Assembly: GCF_009914755.1 (NCBI RefSeq)
Contig: NC_060938.1
Direction: 5' to 3' (one strand)
DNA length: 64,000 nucleotides
DNA from: the human T2T-CHM13v2.0 reference genome, Homo sapiens
Positions within the stretch are counted from its first letter, which is position 1, and each line of letters opens with the position of its first letter. The notes beneath the pieces were generated by a model. The model was given only the letters and a program-made list of their open reading frames with translations, was not told the origin of the DNA and did not search any database. Position numbers and translations under genes: made by a program. This document shows, piece after piece, positions 31,032-45,601 of the stretch.

Positions 31032-32407
31032 GCCTCCTGCCCTCCCTGGGGCCAAGGGCCAGCTTTCAGTGCTGGGAGGACCATGAGGGGGGTGAGCCAG
31101 GACTACCCACCATTGACAGACAAGGGGAAATCAAGGCAGGGAGAAGAGGGGCAGAGGCAGAGCAGAGGGGAACCCAGGTATCCCGACGAGGCCCCTTCGC
31201 CTCAAACTGTGACACCTTCTCACATGTGCTGTGTCTGACACCATACAAAATGCTGATCAGGGCAAAGCTCGTTTAGTGCTCATGAGGCCCTGCGAGGCAA
31301 CACCTGCCGTGCTATGGTTAGCCCCTTTCCACGGGGAAGGACGCTGAAGCTCTGAAAGGTGAAGCAACTTTCCCAAGGCTACACAGCCAGGAACGGGCTA
31401 AGGCAGGACTGGACTCAGGCAATCCAACTTGACTGCCCCATTCCTAACAGCTGGACAATGCGGGAAGCCTAGCTGCCCAGTGGGTTCCCAAAGGCTCCAG
31501 GGTGCTTTTGACGTTGAGCTGGGCCTGCCCAGTCTTGCCTCCCGGGGCCGCCAAGCCAGGGCCCCCCGGCAGCCCGCTCCAGGCTGCATCACAAGGCAAA
31601 GGGGCTGCCCAGGCATGGCCAGGTCCATGGCTGCTGGAGAGCATGCAAAGCACCCGAGCAGGAGCCTTGTTCCCATGGAGACAGACAGAAAGGACTCCAA
31701 CTCACTCTGAAGTGTACCTGCAGGGAGCCAGGTGCCAGACTGTACCTGGAGGCAGAAACCTGAGCCTGGATTCTCACCACTTCCCTCTGTGCCACCAACA
31801 CATCCTCAGGCCTTCTTCTCAGGACCCCCAGCAAGACACGAGTTCCAGAAATAAGACATCCCAGCCCACTTCCCGCTCAGCCACCCCCAGAGGGGCCTCT
31901 CTGGTTGAAAACAACGCCTGGGGCCAGCAGGCTTGGCACAGCTGTGGCTGTCAGCCTGCCGAGCACCGTCTGGCCTGAGGAATGTGCAGACCCACATGTG
32001 CTGGAGCATCCCGCTGGGGCACAGTGACAGGAAACTGAGCAAAACAGCTCGTTGGCACTGATATGCCCCTCCCACCTCCCAGCTCCTGACTCCTATGGGC
32101 TGTTGGCTGCCCTGGAAGTGCAGGCGGCAAGCCCAGGCCCTTCAAGAGAGCCAGGCAGTGTGGCTCTGGGCAAATCACTCCCCCTCTCTAGGCCTGTTTC
32201 TGCTTCTCTTGGTGGATGAAGGACGCTGTCCTGCCAAGCTCAGAATGGCAGTGATTTTATGACATGCTCTCCTTTCTGGGAGGACGGTCCATTCTCCTCA
32301 TGCCCTCATTCATGTGGGATGGGGCATGCCCCCAAGACACATCAAGCTATCCCACTAGCAGCCCTTGGCTGTAGAAAGCCCCCCCACCCAGTGCAGGGAT
32401 AAGGGTG

Positions 32408-32635
32408 ACCCTTCAGAGTTGAAAGGGGTGACCAGGAACCTGGGAGAGTCCCAGGAAAGCCCAGGGTTGGAGCTTCAGGGCCAAAGTGGTTAACTGAAAA
32501 TATTCATTATCACCCCGCCCAGGCTGGAGGCCCCTGGCTTCCAGTTTTGAAGCAGAGGTCAGCTGGGCGGTGTAGGACACTGCTCCCGGGTTGACCAATG
32601 GGCCACATCAATGGGTCTGCTGTTTGGGGTCAAGA
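32408..32635 (+). repeat. Local direct duplication, copy 2 (~228 bp)
   Basis: Matches 30802-31031 with ~6 substitutions and one 2-nt indel. Confidence 0.95.
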
Positions 32636-33235
32636 TCCCAAGACCCCAGGGGAAGTCAACATCCATCTGAGGCTCTCTCAGGTCGTGCAAGCCATCTCTG
32701 GCCTCACTGCCCTCCCCTTTAGAAATGTGGGAATGAGGCTCAGAGAGGTTGAGCTGCTTGCCAAGTTTGCATAGCCAAAAGGCGTCTGAACGAAACTGAG
32801 CATTCGGGGTTGGATTTCCCCTCTTCGCCGCCTGCTCTGCTCTCCCAGGCACTACTGAGCGCGCTCGCGGTCGCCAGGAGCGGATTGGGCCCCCGCCGCG
32901 CGCAAGCCTTGGTGACAGGTCAGCCCGCCCCTAGGGGAGGCAGAGGGAAGCCCCGAGGAGGCACCCGGCCCGCTGGGGCGCGCTGCCCGGGGCTTTAGGG
33001 CTTTTTCTTGTGGGCCGGCCGAAGCTCCCCGGGGTTGAAAGGAAAGGCTCGGGAATTTCGCAGCCAGCACAGAACGGTTGGATTTAAACTAAAAATACCC
33101 GCCCGCCCGCAGCTGTCACGCCGGGGCCCCCGCCCCCGCGCCGGGCGCGCCTCCCCAGGTCCCCCAGACTTTCGGCGCCCCCGATTCCCGGGGCTGTGTC
33201 AGAGCTGGGCCAGGGGCTGAGGACCCCACCCGCCC

Positions 33236-33270
33236 GGCCCCCGGCCCCCGGCCCCCGGCCCCCGGCCCCA
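33236..33270 (-). repeat. (GGGGGCC)n heptamer repeat, 4 perfect plus 1 imperfect copies
   Basis: + strand ggccccc x4 then ggcccca. Confidence 0.9.
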
Positions 33271-33300
33271 GGCCTGGCCTCCCGGCCCCGTGCCACTTAC

Positions 33301-33355
33301 CCTCCCGGAGCGTGGAGGAGCGCGGCGCCGCGGGTAGCTGGGGCCGAGCCTCCTT
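33301..33355 (-). other. SYNE3: Non-coding first exon of nesprin-3 (5' end approximate)
   Basis: Consensus donor GAGG|GTAAGT on - at 33301/33300 inside the CpG island. Identity rests on recalled gene order SYNE3-SNHG10-GLRX5; no SYNE3 coding sequence is visible in the window. Confidence 0.72.
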
Positions 33356-34622
33356 CCCTCCTCCCTGCGTCCCGGGCGGCTCCGGGGCGGGGCAGGGCTG
33401 GGGCGGGCCCGGACACCGCGAGTACCCCCGCCCCCGCCGGGACCCGCCCGGTGGCCCCGCGGGAGAGGCCGCGCCCCTCTCCGCACGCGCTCAGCGGAGG
33501 CCCCGGGTGCGCAACCCCAGCCCGGCGGACATCCTGCGTGGCCCCGGGGACCAGGGCCGAAGAAAAGCCTCACCGCTCCCTGTCGCGGACCCGGGGCGGG
33601 GGTTAAGGGGGGGGTCCTGTCCACGCTTGCCTGGAAAGCAGCCCGGAGCCCTGGCCCCTGTCTGTCTCCCCGACACACACACAGCCACCCACCCTCTTCT
33701 CATCCTAGGGGATGGCGCGGAGCTGCCTCTCCGGGAAAGTTGGATCTGTGCGCCCAGACATGGAAAAGGGATTAGGACACCGGCAGATCTTGCCCTCACA
33801 GAGCGGAGGTGGGGGCCTTGGAAGGGGCACACCGCCCGTAGGCGCGAAATCCAAGAAGAAAATGACACTCATCAGCCAGCCTCGCGCGGGGAGAAAGGGC
33901 GGGGTGGGGGGTAGTGGCACCCTGCCCGTCCTCTCCCACCCCCACAGTCCGGGCCCACAGTCCAGGAGTCACAAGGGATGTGAATCCCCAGGCATAATGT
34001 GAACCCCCAACAAACCCAAGGCCTCAGAATGCGCCTCACCTCTCCCTCCCCACCAGCAGAAACATCCTCCCACTCTCCCAACCCCTGCTCCAGCCACGCC
34101 AACCCTTTAACCTTGTCCCAGAATGTCTAAACTGTATCTGCCTCTGTGCCTGTGCACATGAAGTTGCCTTGGCCCGGCGTTTGCTCCACAGCCTTCTGCC
34201 AAACTCCTACTGCTTGATGGCTGGAAGCCTTCGCACCCTGGCGCTCTCCTCCCAGGTCAGCAGTCTCTGGCCTTCCTGTGCATCCAGCCCAGCTTTGAAC
34301 AGTCCTGGGCCCCAACCCTTATCTTTTTCCGAGTAATTACATAGTTGCATGATTGGCTTCACCGCCTCTGGATCAGATGAGCGCTACTAATGAAGGATAC
34401 AAGTTGTAAAACTAGGTTTTATGTGAACTCCAGTCATCACAGTTTAGGTGCGGCTAGCGATTTTACAGATGCGGGGTTAGTAACTGGCCCAAATCCAGGG
34501 CTTCCGGGATGCTGTTTTCCTTTTTTGTTTCTTAGCAGGGATGGCAGATGTTTGTAGAACAGATCCGTGTAAAAGTCAGTATCCTAAGAGATTAAATTGT
34601 AAAGCAGGACAAGATAGTTAAC

Positions 34623-34623
<1 letters not shown>

Positions 34624-34655
<32 letters not shown>
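34624..34655. repeat. (GT)16 microsatellite
   Basis: Direct read. Confidence 0.95.
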
Positions 34656-34659
<4 letters not shown>

Positions 34660-35899
34660 CTTTTCCAAATTGAGAGGGAGGTAGAAGAATTAGCCAAAAC
34701 CCAGGATTCACTCTGAGGTAGACCCACACCTCTTAGTTAGATCCCATTTATTAAGCTGTAATTATTCACAGCGTTGCTGAAGATATACACAGGGCCCCTC
34801 CCATCTCCCTGCGACTGACTGGTTCCAAGTATGCTATTATATGTGTTATTATCACTGTGGCTCAATTAGAAGTGCTGCCGAAGGCCTTGAGGTTGCCACA
34901 GTCAAACTGCAGGTGCAGGCAGCGAGTAACAATGATTATAATGCCTGCATCTGGATCGCGCTTTTTGCTTTTCAGAATGCTTTCAAATGTGTCTCCTCAT
35001 TAAATCTCTGCAAACATCCTCCAGGTAGTTAGGAAAAGTTTAATGAGTTTTGCCTGACAAGGGAAACCAAGACACAAAGAGGGCAGGTGACTTGCACAAG
35101 GAGAGAGATGGCTCCCCCAGGCTGCTCCAAGGGTGGAGCTGGCCACCGTAACTCAATGTCCTGCAGGAAGAGATGGTTGGGTACAGTTAGGAGCTCAGGC
35201 TCTAGTGCCAAAGTGCCCAATTTGCAACTTTCAGCTGATTACTCATACTTGGTTTCCTTTTCTGTTGAATAGATCTAATAATAGGAGCTTATCTTGTATG
35301 GTTTTGTGCCTGGTATTTGAGCACCCAACTCAGGCGAGCTGTTATGTTATGGTTCTGGGAATGGTATGATTGCTACAGTTTCTGCCATACAGCTATTCAG
35401 TCTTTCGTCAAACATTCCTGAGTATCTACTATGTGCTAGTCTCTGGGAATATGAAGAAGAATGAGGCATAGACTACTACCTCCAAGGAGGTCAGGGTGTA
35501 ATAATTCTGTGTCAGGGGACCATGGTGCACAGAGATGAACTGTCCCTCCTGCTGCCGGTGCAGTGCAGAGCACCAGTTCAGAGCAGTGGAGATATTCACT
35601 TTCCAGGCCCAGCTTTGCTACTTATTTAGCTGAGTGAATCTTACACTGTAAGATTCTGTTACACATACAGTGTGCACATACAGTCTAATCTTACACTGAA
35701 TGTGACCTCTTACAACATTGGTTTTTCTCATCTGTTAGATGGGGATAGCAATAATTTTTCATAGGTGAAAACACATGTGATAAACATATTTTATAAAGTA
35801 CAAAATACTGTGCAGATAGTTTTGTTATTATCAATGTGATTGTTATTATCTTGGGCTTTACAGGGCTTGCTGCTTTTCAGAATACTCTCCCATTCCATT

Positions 35900-36182
35900 G
35901 CTTTTCTTAGAGTCTCGCTCTGTCACCCAGGTTGGAGTGCAGTGGTGCAATCTTGACTCACTGCAACCTCCTCTCAGATTCAAGCAACTCTTGTGCCTCG
36001 GCCACTTGAATAGCTGGGTCTACAGGCACACACCACCACACCCAGCTAATTTTTTGTATTTTTAGTAGCGACAGCATTTCACCATGTTGGCCAGGCTGGT
36101 CTCGAACTCCTGACCTCAAGATATCTGCCTGCTTGGCCTCCCAAAGTGCTGGAATTACAGGTGTGAGCCACCATGCCCGGCC
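35900..36182 (-). mobile_element. AluS with eroded tail
   Basis: agagtctcgctctgtcacccagg...gtgagccaccatgcccggcc. Confidence 0.9.
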
Positions 36183-37577
36183 ATCCATTACTTTTCTTAA
36201 GCCTGACATAAACATCACATCAAAAACAGAACCCTATTTTTTATTTGATGCCAATCTTTTTCTCTCCAAAGTAGTCCACATGGAAGGAAAACAAAAGTTG
36301 AGTAAGCAATGCGAAGGGATGGGGCAGTTTACAACTAGGAAGTCCACAATACCTTCGTCTTCAGCATTACCTGCAGCTACATAAGGGGGTGGACATGAAA
36401 ACCCATCTGGAAAAAAAAATCTGGCAAAGGATTGGGGGAAGAGCCCCTTTGTCATCTCTGGAATTGAACACAGGAAACCCCGCCCTGAGACCTTCCTTTC
36501 AGAAGCAGCCCAGAGAGGGAACCACAAGAAGGGCACTAAAATTATGCTGTTCGGAAGTTCTGACTCACTTGGCAGCGCGGGCTGTTTGTGCAACGTACCA
36601 AATGTCCTCCAAAAAGCGAAGTTTTTACCACTCTTTCCCTCTGTCCCTTCCCTGCAGCCAGCATCTCCACCACCACTCATGGGGAAGCAGGAATCAATTT
36701 AATAAGCCTGGGGAAATTATCTGGGTCTGTTTCACATTTGCTGTTGGTTAGCCAGCTTCAGTGGCAATCTGCACAATCCTCATTTTGTAAGCATGATTTT
36801 TTCAGTTGTTTGTGTGTGTGTGTTCAGTCTCCACAGATAGATTACAACAAAAGCTGCAATGGCTTTTCTGGCTAATAAAACACCTCATGGGTAAACTGAG
36901 GCAAGAGAGTAGGGACGAGGGGCATTGCCCAGGGTTCCAGGATAGGAATTGCTGTTCAGAACATTTACATTCCCATCTCTCCATCTCTAGCCTGGCTTCC
37001 CACTTAGTGGTGAAGTACATAAGTGCTTTCAGCTTAATACGGATGAAAAGCTCACATTAAGGGTGCCCACTTCTGGGGTGCCCCATCAGAGAGGTCTTGG
37101 TCTGAGCCTGGAGAGCTCGTTCTCAACCCAGTTCTGCTCTGAACTTTTCCTTCTTCTTTGTTTTTTCCTTGCCGGTTCTCCAAGTGTTAGCCTGTCCTTT
37201 CCCACTTGGGTGCTACATGTGCTTCTAGGGTGAGCACAGCCAGCACCCTGGTTTGTTCACTTCCTCATGGGCAGCTGCCACCCATCAACTGAGCAGAGGT
37301 ACCCCTCTGGGTGGCAATGAGTCATCTCAGTACCAAGCAGGGGAACTGGAGTAACTTGGAATATTCCTCTACATACATTTAATTGTACTGCATTTATAAA
37401 ATACAATTATATATAACATACAGGACTGGATTCTCGGATGATGGGGTTCTAACTCTTGTTAAGGCTGCTAACTAGCTGTGTAACCTTGGGTCACTTCTAA
37501 GTTTTTGAATCTGTGAAATGAGAGAATTAAAAAAGATTTTCTCTAAATTATTCCCCCAATTTAAGTAACTATAAGAA

Positions 37578-38010
<433 letters not shown>

Positions 38011-38161
38011 CTCCATTATATATCTTTTTGAAAAAAGAAGATCTTGTTTGTATTAAACAATCATCATTTAACATAACTAAACACCACTACTATTATACTC
38101 CAAGGAATAAATACTAAGATAAACAAAAGTGTTAAAGGAAAATTGATAAATTTTATTCCTA

Positions 38162-38577
<416 letters not shown>

Positions 38578-38619
38578 CTATTCTTTCTGCTTCTGTTGGG
38601 ACTACTTTAAATGCATGTG

Positions 38620-39150
38620 GGTTTTTTGTTTAATTAAATGCTTTATTTTGAGACCACTGTAAATTCACATGCAGTTGTAAGAAATCATACAGAGAGGTCC
38701 CCTATATGCTTTACCCAGTTTCCACCGATGGCAGCATCTTACAAGACAATGGTACAGTATCACAGCTAGGAAACTGACAGACACCCACACGACACAAAAC
38801 GCTTCCGTCACAAGGATCCCGCATGCTGCTCTTCCCCCTTTCCCCATTCCCTCCTTAAACTCTGGCAGCCACTCCTCTGTTCTCCTTTCTATAATTCTGT
38901 CATTTCAAGAATGTGATAATAATGGAATCACACGGTGGGACTGCCCTTCTCCACTCAGGGTAGTTCTCTGGAGCGTCACCCAGGCTGGCTCCCGTATCGA
39001 GTCTGTGCCTCCTCGTTGCTGAGCAGCAATCCACAGTGTGACGGATGCATCACGGGCTGGGTCACCCTTCCCTTGTTGAAGGACATCCGGGTTGTTCCTG
39101 GTTTTTGGCTATTATCAATAAAGCTGCTATAAACATTTTGTACGCACATG
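38620..39150 (-). mobile_element. Old L1M (MC/MD-type) 3' fragment
   Basis: attcacatgcagttgtaagaaatcatacagagagg...ttttggctattatcaataaagctgctataaacatt. Confidence 0.72.
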
Positions 39151-40000
39151 TGTGTCAATATACATCTTCACATCTTAAGTTTCAGCTGTTGGATCTAATA
39201 CCCACTTACAATCCCATACCATCAGATTTCTCTTACTTTTTCCTAGTGATGAACGCAGCTAGTGATGAAGGATGTTTAAGTGTCCAACAGTTGCCCAGGA
39301 TTGGGTCTTGAGTTGCAGAAATCTAACAAAAACCAGTTACATGGTTCTTGCCATCAAGAAATTTACAGTCTGTTGGGGAAGTGACATTAAGACACACGAA
39401 TCATTCACAGAACTAAGTAATGCTGCATGTCATCAAATGCGAGACTGCATGGTACAAAACTGACTTGTAGAGGAACCCAGAGACAGGAAAGAGAAGTGAC
39501 AACACGAGTGTTTGGGGAGTCCTCTGGATAAGATGTGAGATATATCTCAAATGATAGACACAAATAATGATATTTTATATTTATTAAGGGCTTACCTACC
39601 ATCTGCCACACACTGTTCTAAGCCTTTACCTATATTGTTAATTTAACCCTCATCATCACCCTTCAGGATAGCTCCTATTATCATCCCATTTTCCAAATGA
39701 GGGAAAAAAGGTGAAAACTTGGCCATTCACCCAGCTATTATGTGACTCACCTAGGGTACACACTCAGGCAGTCTGACCCCAGCACCCACTCCATCGCTGT
39801 GGATTCTGTCTCATAGCAATAGTGGTCATGATTCAATTCCATTCTGTTTCTTAGGTTATATTTTCCACACACAGCATATGCTATAGCTATGCTGAGCCTT
39901 CTGGAGGAAGGTTATTGATAAGTTCAAACACTGTTCAAACAAACCAGCACCACTGTTAGTAACGTAACAGGTGAGAAGTCTGTGTGTGATGTATCTGCTG

Positions 40001-40002
<2 letters not shown>

Positions 40003-40032
<30 letters not shown>
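40003..40032. repeat. (GT)15 microsatellite
   Basis: Direct read. Confidence 0.95.
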
Positions 40033-40035
<3 letters not shown>

Positions 40036-41836
40036 CAGCAAGGCTGAAGCCTCCAGTTGTGTGATTATCTGTATATGCAGCAAAACACGCACACACCACA
40101 CACATCAAAGTTCCCAGCTCTATATGATAAAACACAGAAGCAGCTGAGCCCATTTCAGATAATGAATGTGGTTTTGTATTCTCTGAATTGCTACATACCA
40201 GGAAAGTCACTTCCAGGCTCAGCTACCTCCTGAGTTGCTAAACATACAAGATGTGTGATCACGCTTCGCTCACAGCACTGATGGCTGCTCACCCTTTGAG
40301 CTGTATCATTTCGGTTAAAACAACAGCATACCACGAGCCCGGCATGTTTGCTTGCTTTTGTTTTGAAATCTAAATGCAGCCTTGATAATGTCGGTGCTTC
40401 CATCGATGGGGTGGGTGGCAGAGTGAAAAGCTCCCTGGATCAACATCTCCTGACTTGCTGTCTCTCTGAGCTCTGCATTTCCCAGTCGGCTGGGCAGAGG
40501 CGAGCCATCTCACCTCCTCCTGTCTCCACATTTAGAAAATGGGGCCAGTTCTTCCTGTTTTCCCTGTAAGAGCTGCATGAGATTCACATAAAGATGATGA
40601 AACGCACTGCAAACTTTAGATTCTGTGCAAATGTGTACGACTATGGTAAATTAAACCCTCCGCTTACTATGCTTCCAAAGAATGCTTCACGACAGACACC
40701 AACTCAGGAAGAGGCTGTGAGTAAGGAAGACTTCCCCACTAGGGAGGAAAATGAAGCTTTCCGTGTTTTTTTTTTAATCCCTGGAGACATGTTTTTGAAC
40801 GTTGCTGAAGTGTTCTCTCCTTGCTTTGACAAGTGTGGCTGTTCTGAACATGTGATCATATTGGAATCGCTGTGTGATAGGCAGAGTGCCCAGGAAGCCA
40901 GGGAGGCTCTGAACCCAGCCCTGGCAGACACACGGAGGTGTGGCCTTTGTACCCTCTTTAGGGCAGCGGAACCCATGCAGGGCACCTGCACCACCCCCAC
41001 CCATCCCATATGAGCAGCCGGTGCTTGGCTCTTCCGGGAAGCCCACACTTGGGGCCCAGCCCTGTCCCTCTATCCTAGCGGCAGGGGCTGGTAAATGCCA
41101 AATAGGTCCATGTATCTTATAAAACCTGCTGCTCTTGATGATAATTCTTGACAGCCCAGGACACTTCCCTAACAGAGAAAGTTGTTTCATTGCAGTAGTC
41201 TAGTTCCAAAACCTTAGAATCTTATTGCCAACAACTGGCATGGAACACATGCAGAACAAACATTTTCCAACAGGACTGCCGCAGGTCCTTGCAATGGCAA
41301 TAGCTGCAGCACCTGGCCTAAGATTTTAAAGAACTTTCATCCTAAATTTCTTCTTTGATGTTGTAGACTTGGTATGCAGAGAAAAATGGCCAGTGTCGCT
41401 AAATGCACCTCCTGGTTAATTACAAAGCCCTATTCAGCAGACAGAAGCAACCTCTATAAACAGGCAAGAGGTGTCCTCAGGTATTTCAAAGGTCTCGGCT
41501 AGCACCATGCCAATGGGATGAGTGCACCAGCTTCAGCAATCAAGCTTGTTTCATCATCCAAACGGAAACATTTCTGCAAAATGACTGGACTCTATCTGCT
41601 CTGTTCACTAACTACAGAAATGGCCTAAAACAAAGGTTCACACACAGACAAAAGTAACAGCCAGAAGACACCTGACAAATTCACTGGCCCAACTCTATCA
41701 CGTTGCAGAGCCCCTTAGAGGTGAAGCGAAGCGCCCAAGGGCAGCAAACACTGATTGCATCAGCCCACACTGTGTTTACCTCCATTGCAAAATCCACGAG
41801 ACCCTGGGTCCTTACCTGGCCTCTCTCTGTGGCTTC

Positions 41837-42130
41837 CTTTTTTTTTTTAAGAGACAGCCTTGCTCTGTTGCCCAGGCTGGAGTGCAGTGGTACTATCATA
41901 GTTCACTGCAGGCTAGAACTCCTTGGCTAAAGTTATCTTTCCACCTCAGCCTCCCAAGTAGCTAGGACTATAGGCACACACCACTGCTCCCAACTAACTT
42001 AAAACTTTTTCTAGAGATGGGGCCTCACTATGTTGCCCAGACTAGTCTAGAGCATGTGGCCTCAAGCAATCCTCCTGCCTCGGCCTCCCAAAGCTCTGGG
42101 ACTACAGGTGTGAGCCCTCATGCTCAGGCC
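41837..42130 (-). mobile_element. AluJ
   Basis: Diverged reverse dimer. Confidence 0.87.
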
Positions 42131-42249
42131 CTCTGTGGCTTCTGGTAAATTCCTCTTCCCTAAAGCACTTGCTCCTAGTTCTCCTCATGGCCTGTCCCTC
42201 CCCAGCGATATGCGTTCCCCAGGTTTTCTTCTCTGCACTCCTTCTTGCC

Positions 42250-43150
42250 CCCCCACCCGCCCAAATCTCCTTTATCAATAGATCCAGACCCGTAGAGGCA
42301 ATAATCTGCATACTCTCTCCCTTTATTTCAGACATAACCTGATGATTTAGATGTTCCTCAGGCACCTGGAAACAGAAATGTCCAAAAGTAATTCCTGAAC
42401 TTACCTTTCCAATCCTCCTTCCCCCTCCCGCTGTATTCCCTGCATCATCAAGTGCAGTCAGTGGCTAAGCAAAACCCTAGGAATAAGCCTGAATCTTCCC
42501 CTCTTCCTCCCAGCCCCCTCCCCACAGTCAGCCAGTCACCAAATGCTGTCATCCCTACCTTCAAAGAACTCAGCTTGCAGCAGTGCCCTTCCCCCATGCC
42601 CCCACCCCAATACCTGCAAAGGTTAAATCTGATGACCCTCTCCTAAGTGGCCCCGTTAGCTCGGCCACCTCCAATCCATCAACACTCCCGCAAGGGTGAT
42701 CTCTCAAGCACTCTGCAGCTTACACTCCTCCTGGGACTCTCCCTCATCCAGAGGAGGAGAGCCCAGTCCCTTACCATCTGTCCTCCCCTCAGCTATGTCC
42801 AGTCCTGCATTTCTCAAGAAACGGCCTGGCATTCTCCCAGTGGACCCAGGGGCCTCTGTGCCTTTGCCCTGGTTGCTCCCTCTTCCTGGAATGTCCCTCC
42901 TTTTTATATAGAAGCACTTTACCCTTCTCTCAAAACTCAGTTCAAGTGTCACCCCCTACTAAGCTTTTCCTATCCCTTAGGCGCTGACTGAGCTTTTTCC
43001 GAGAGCTCCATTCCCTTCTCCAGTTCTCGGGGGCATTCTTGCATCTGTCCCCATCACAGGACTGCGAGGTCCTTGGGATTTGGCAGCCTCTTACTCCACT
43101 CTGTATCCTGCTTAGCGCAGAGCCTGTGGGTGCCTCACTGAATGTTTCTC
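42250..43150. mobile_element. L2 LINE fragments
   Basis: C/T-rich L2 motifs: gggcctctgtgcctttgccctggttgctccctcttcctggaatgtcc, ctcagttcaagtgtcacc. Confidence 0.55.
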
Positions 43151-44711
43151 CACCTCCTATGGCACCTGTGCTCGATATTATGAGTTTCACACAATTTGGG
43201 ATTTGCTGAGATCCTGCTCTGTATTGTTCACCAGGTTATGTATTCTTTATTCAAGAATTATCTATTGAACATATAGTAAGTGCCAGGGATGGCACTAGGG
43301 CACCAGGTTACAAAAATGAATCCTACCCAACTAGAAGTTGATGGCCTAGTGTGTGCGTGGTGGGGGTGGGGGGAGGAATAAACAGATACAATTACAATGC
43401 ATACACTCCCTGAAGAGGTTCTGGTCCCCAACCACTGTGAAACAGGGCTGGGTAGTAGCACAAGTGAGGTGGTTATATTCTTTGAGGCCTCTAATTGTGT
43501 GTCCTGGGTTGACATCAGCATTTGCAGAACCACTTTATGGACGGCCCTTTCTGACGTAACGTCGGCTGAGCTCTCTTATCAAGCCCACTGGTTTACACAG
43601 TTAGAAAAATTCAACTTTACACCAGTATTATTCAGTCCCTCAACACCTGATGAAATGTACTAGGTATTTCCAAGGTGTCTTCCAAGAACTAACATGAAGT
43701 ATGTAACAGAGTTAGAATAACTTTATCTGGCACAATGGAGTAAAGTATTCCTTTTATTTTTTAACATAACCTTAAGCTGTGTGTGTGTGTGTGTGTAGTT
43801 TTTGTTGGCAAGCTAAAATAAACTGCATGTTTCCTTGACTTCCTATTCAGAGCATGGGGAAAAGAATTTCTTTTTCTTGCTCGGAAGCATAATACAAGGC
43901 ACTAGTGCACAAGGAACAGTCACGGGTGAAGACTGTTCGCCCCTCCTTACATCGAATGCCCCAGAATGCTGCTTTTTAAGAAGAATCCCAGAATGTCTGC
44001 CTCTTAGTGCTTCACCTTTCACTTACTGTTCAGTCATTGTTTCTTTCTGCTTTTAGTGTTAGCCTTTTAAAATTTACTGCTTCTGATCTGTTGTGGTTAT
44101 ATTAGAAAACTAAGTAAGTTAGCTATTCCCTAAAATAAGAATAGCACTTGGGTAAGAACTGAGAGACTTTTCCTAGAATTGAGCAAAATGATTAATTCCC
44201 AGAGAATGTATAATTACAGGGGCAGCCCTTATTGGCTCTTGCCCCAGCTTCCTCAGTAAAATAGACTAGTGCCCCCTACCTGCCTTGCCAGGAAAGACAG
44301 AGACTCATTCTATTATAAAATGTATTTCTCAAAACCAGAATGACTTTGAAAGATGTGTTATTTTTCTGAACACAAGTAAAAATTCCTTCAAGTAAGAGGA
44401 TATTATTTGCTCTGTAATTAGACAGCCAATAGTATGTGTGGATTATCACGGATCTGTGGCTGCATGGTATGAAGAGATGAACCAACGGGAATATCCCATT
44501 GATTTCACATCGACTAGACTGGCATGTCCCCTCAAGGCTGCACTCATACAGCTATGATATGAAAATGCCAGATCACCGTCTATCTGGAGAGGGAAGAAGG
44601 TTTGCCAATATAACAGCTTCTCCTCAAGTCACCCAATTTTGCCTATGTAATAAAGCTTATGCAAAAAAAACTCCTTTTTTTTTAAACAAAATGTAATTGT
44701 TTTATGATAGT

Positions 44712-45010
<299 letters not shown>

Positions 45011-45272
45011 CTTTTGATAGTCTTTTATTAAAACTCTTTGAAACTGTGGCTCACTAAAATTTGATATCAATGAACAATATCTCACTAGGATACCCTTTCA
45101 AAAAATATTAAGTTTAGAATTAGCAAATAGGATTTTTCTGGCTGTAAAAGGAGAACAAAAAAATTTAAAATCCTCCATTTTTTTTTGCCAGCAAAGGAAA
45201 ATGAATAATTAATGCCTCATCCCATTTCTAACTTGAATCATCCCTCCCCTCCCTGCAATTAAACTGGGGTGA

Positions 45273-45601
<329 letters not shown>

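Larger units (their letters stand above)
32840..33960. promoter_or_regulatory. CpG island, promoter of a minus-strand gene (SYNE3)
   Basis: Very GC/CpG-rich with several GGGGCGGG boxes (~33384, ~33400, ~33593), surrounding a consensus minus-strand donor. Confidence 0.88.

Noticed and set aside
33008-34002. Overlapping Pro/Arg/Gly/Ala-rich ORFs of 70-200 aa on both strands
   Set aside because: Stop-codon depletion in a CpG island; no domain similarity; mostly non-ATG starts.
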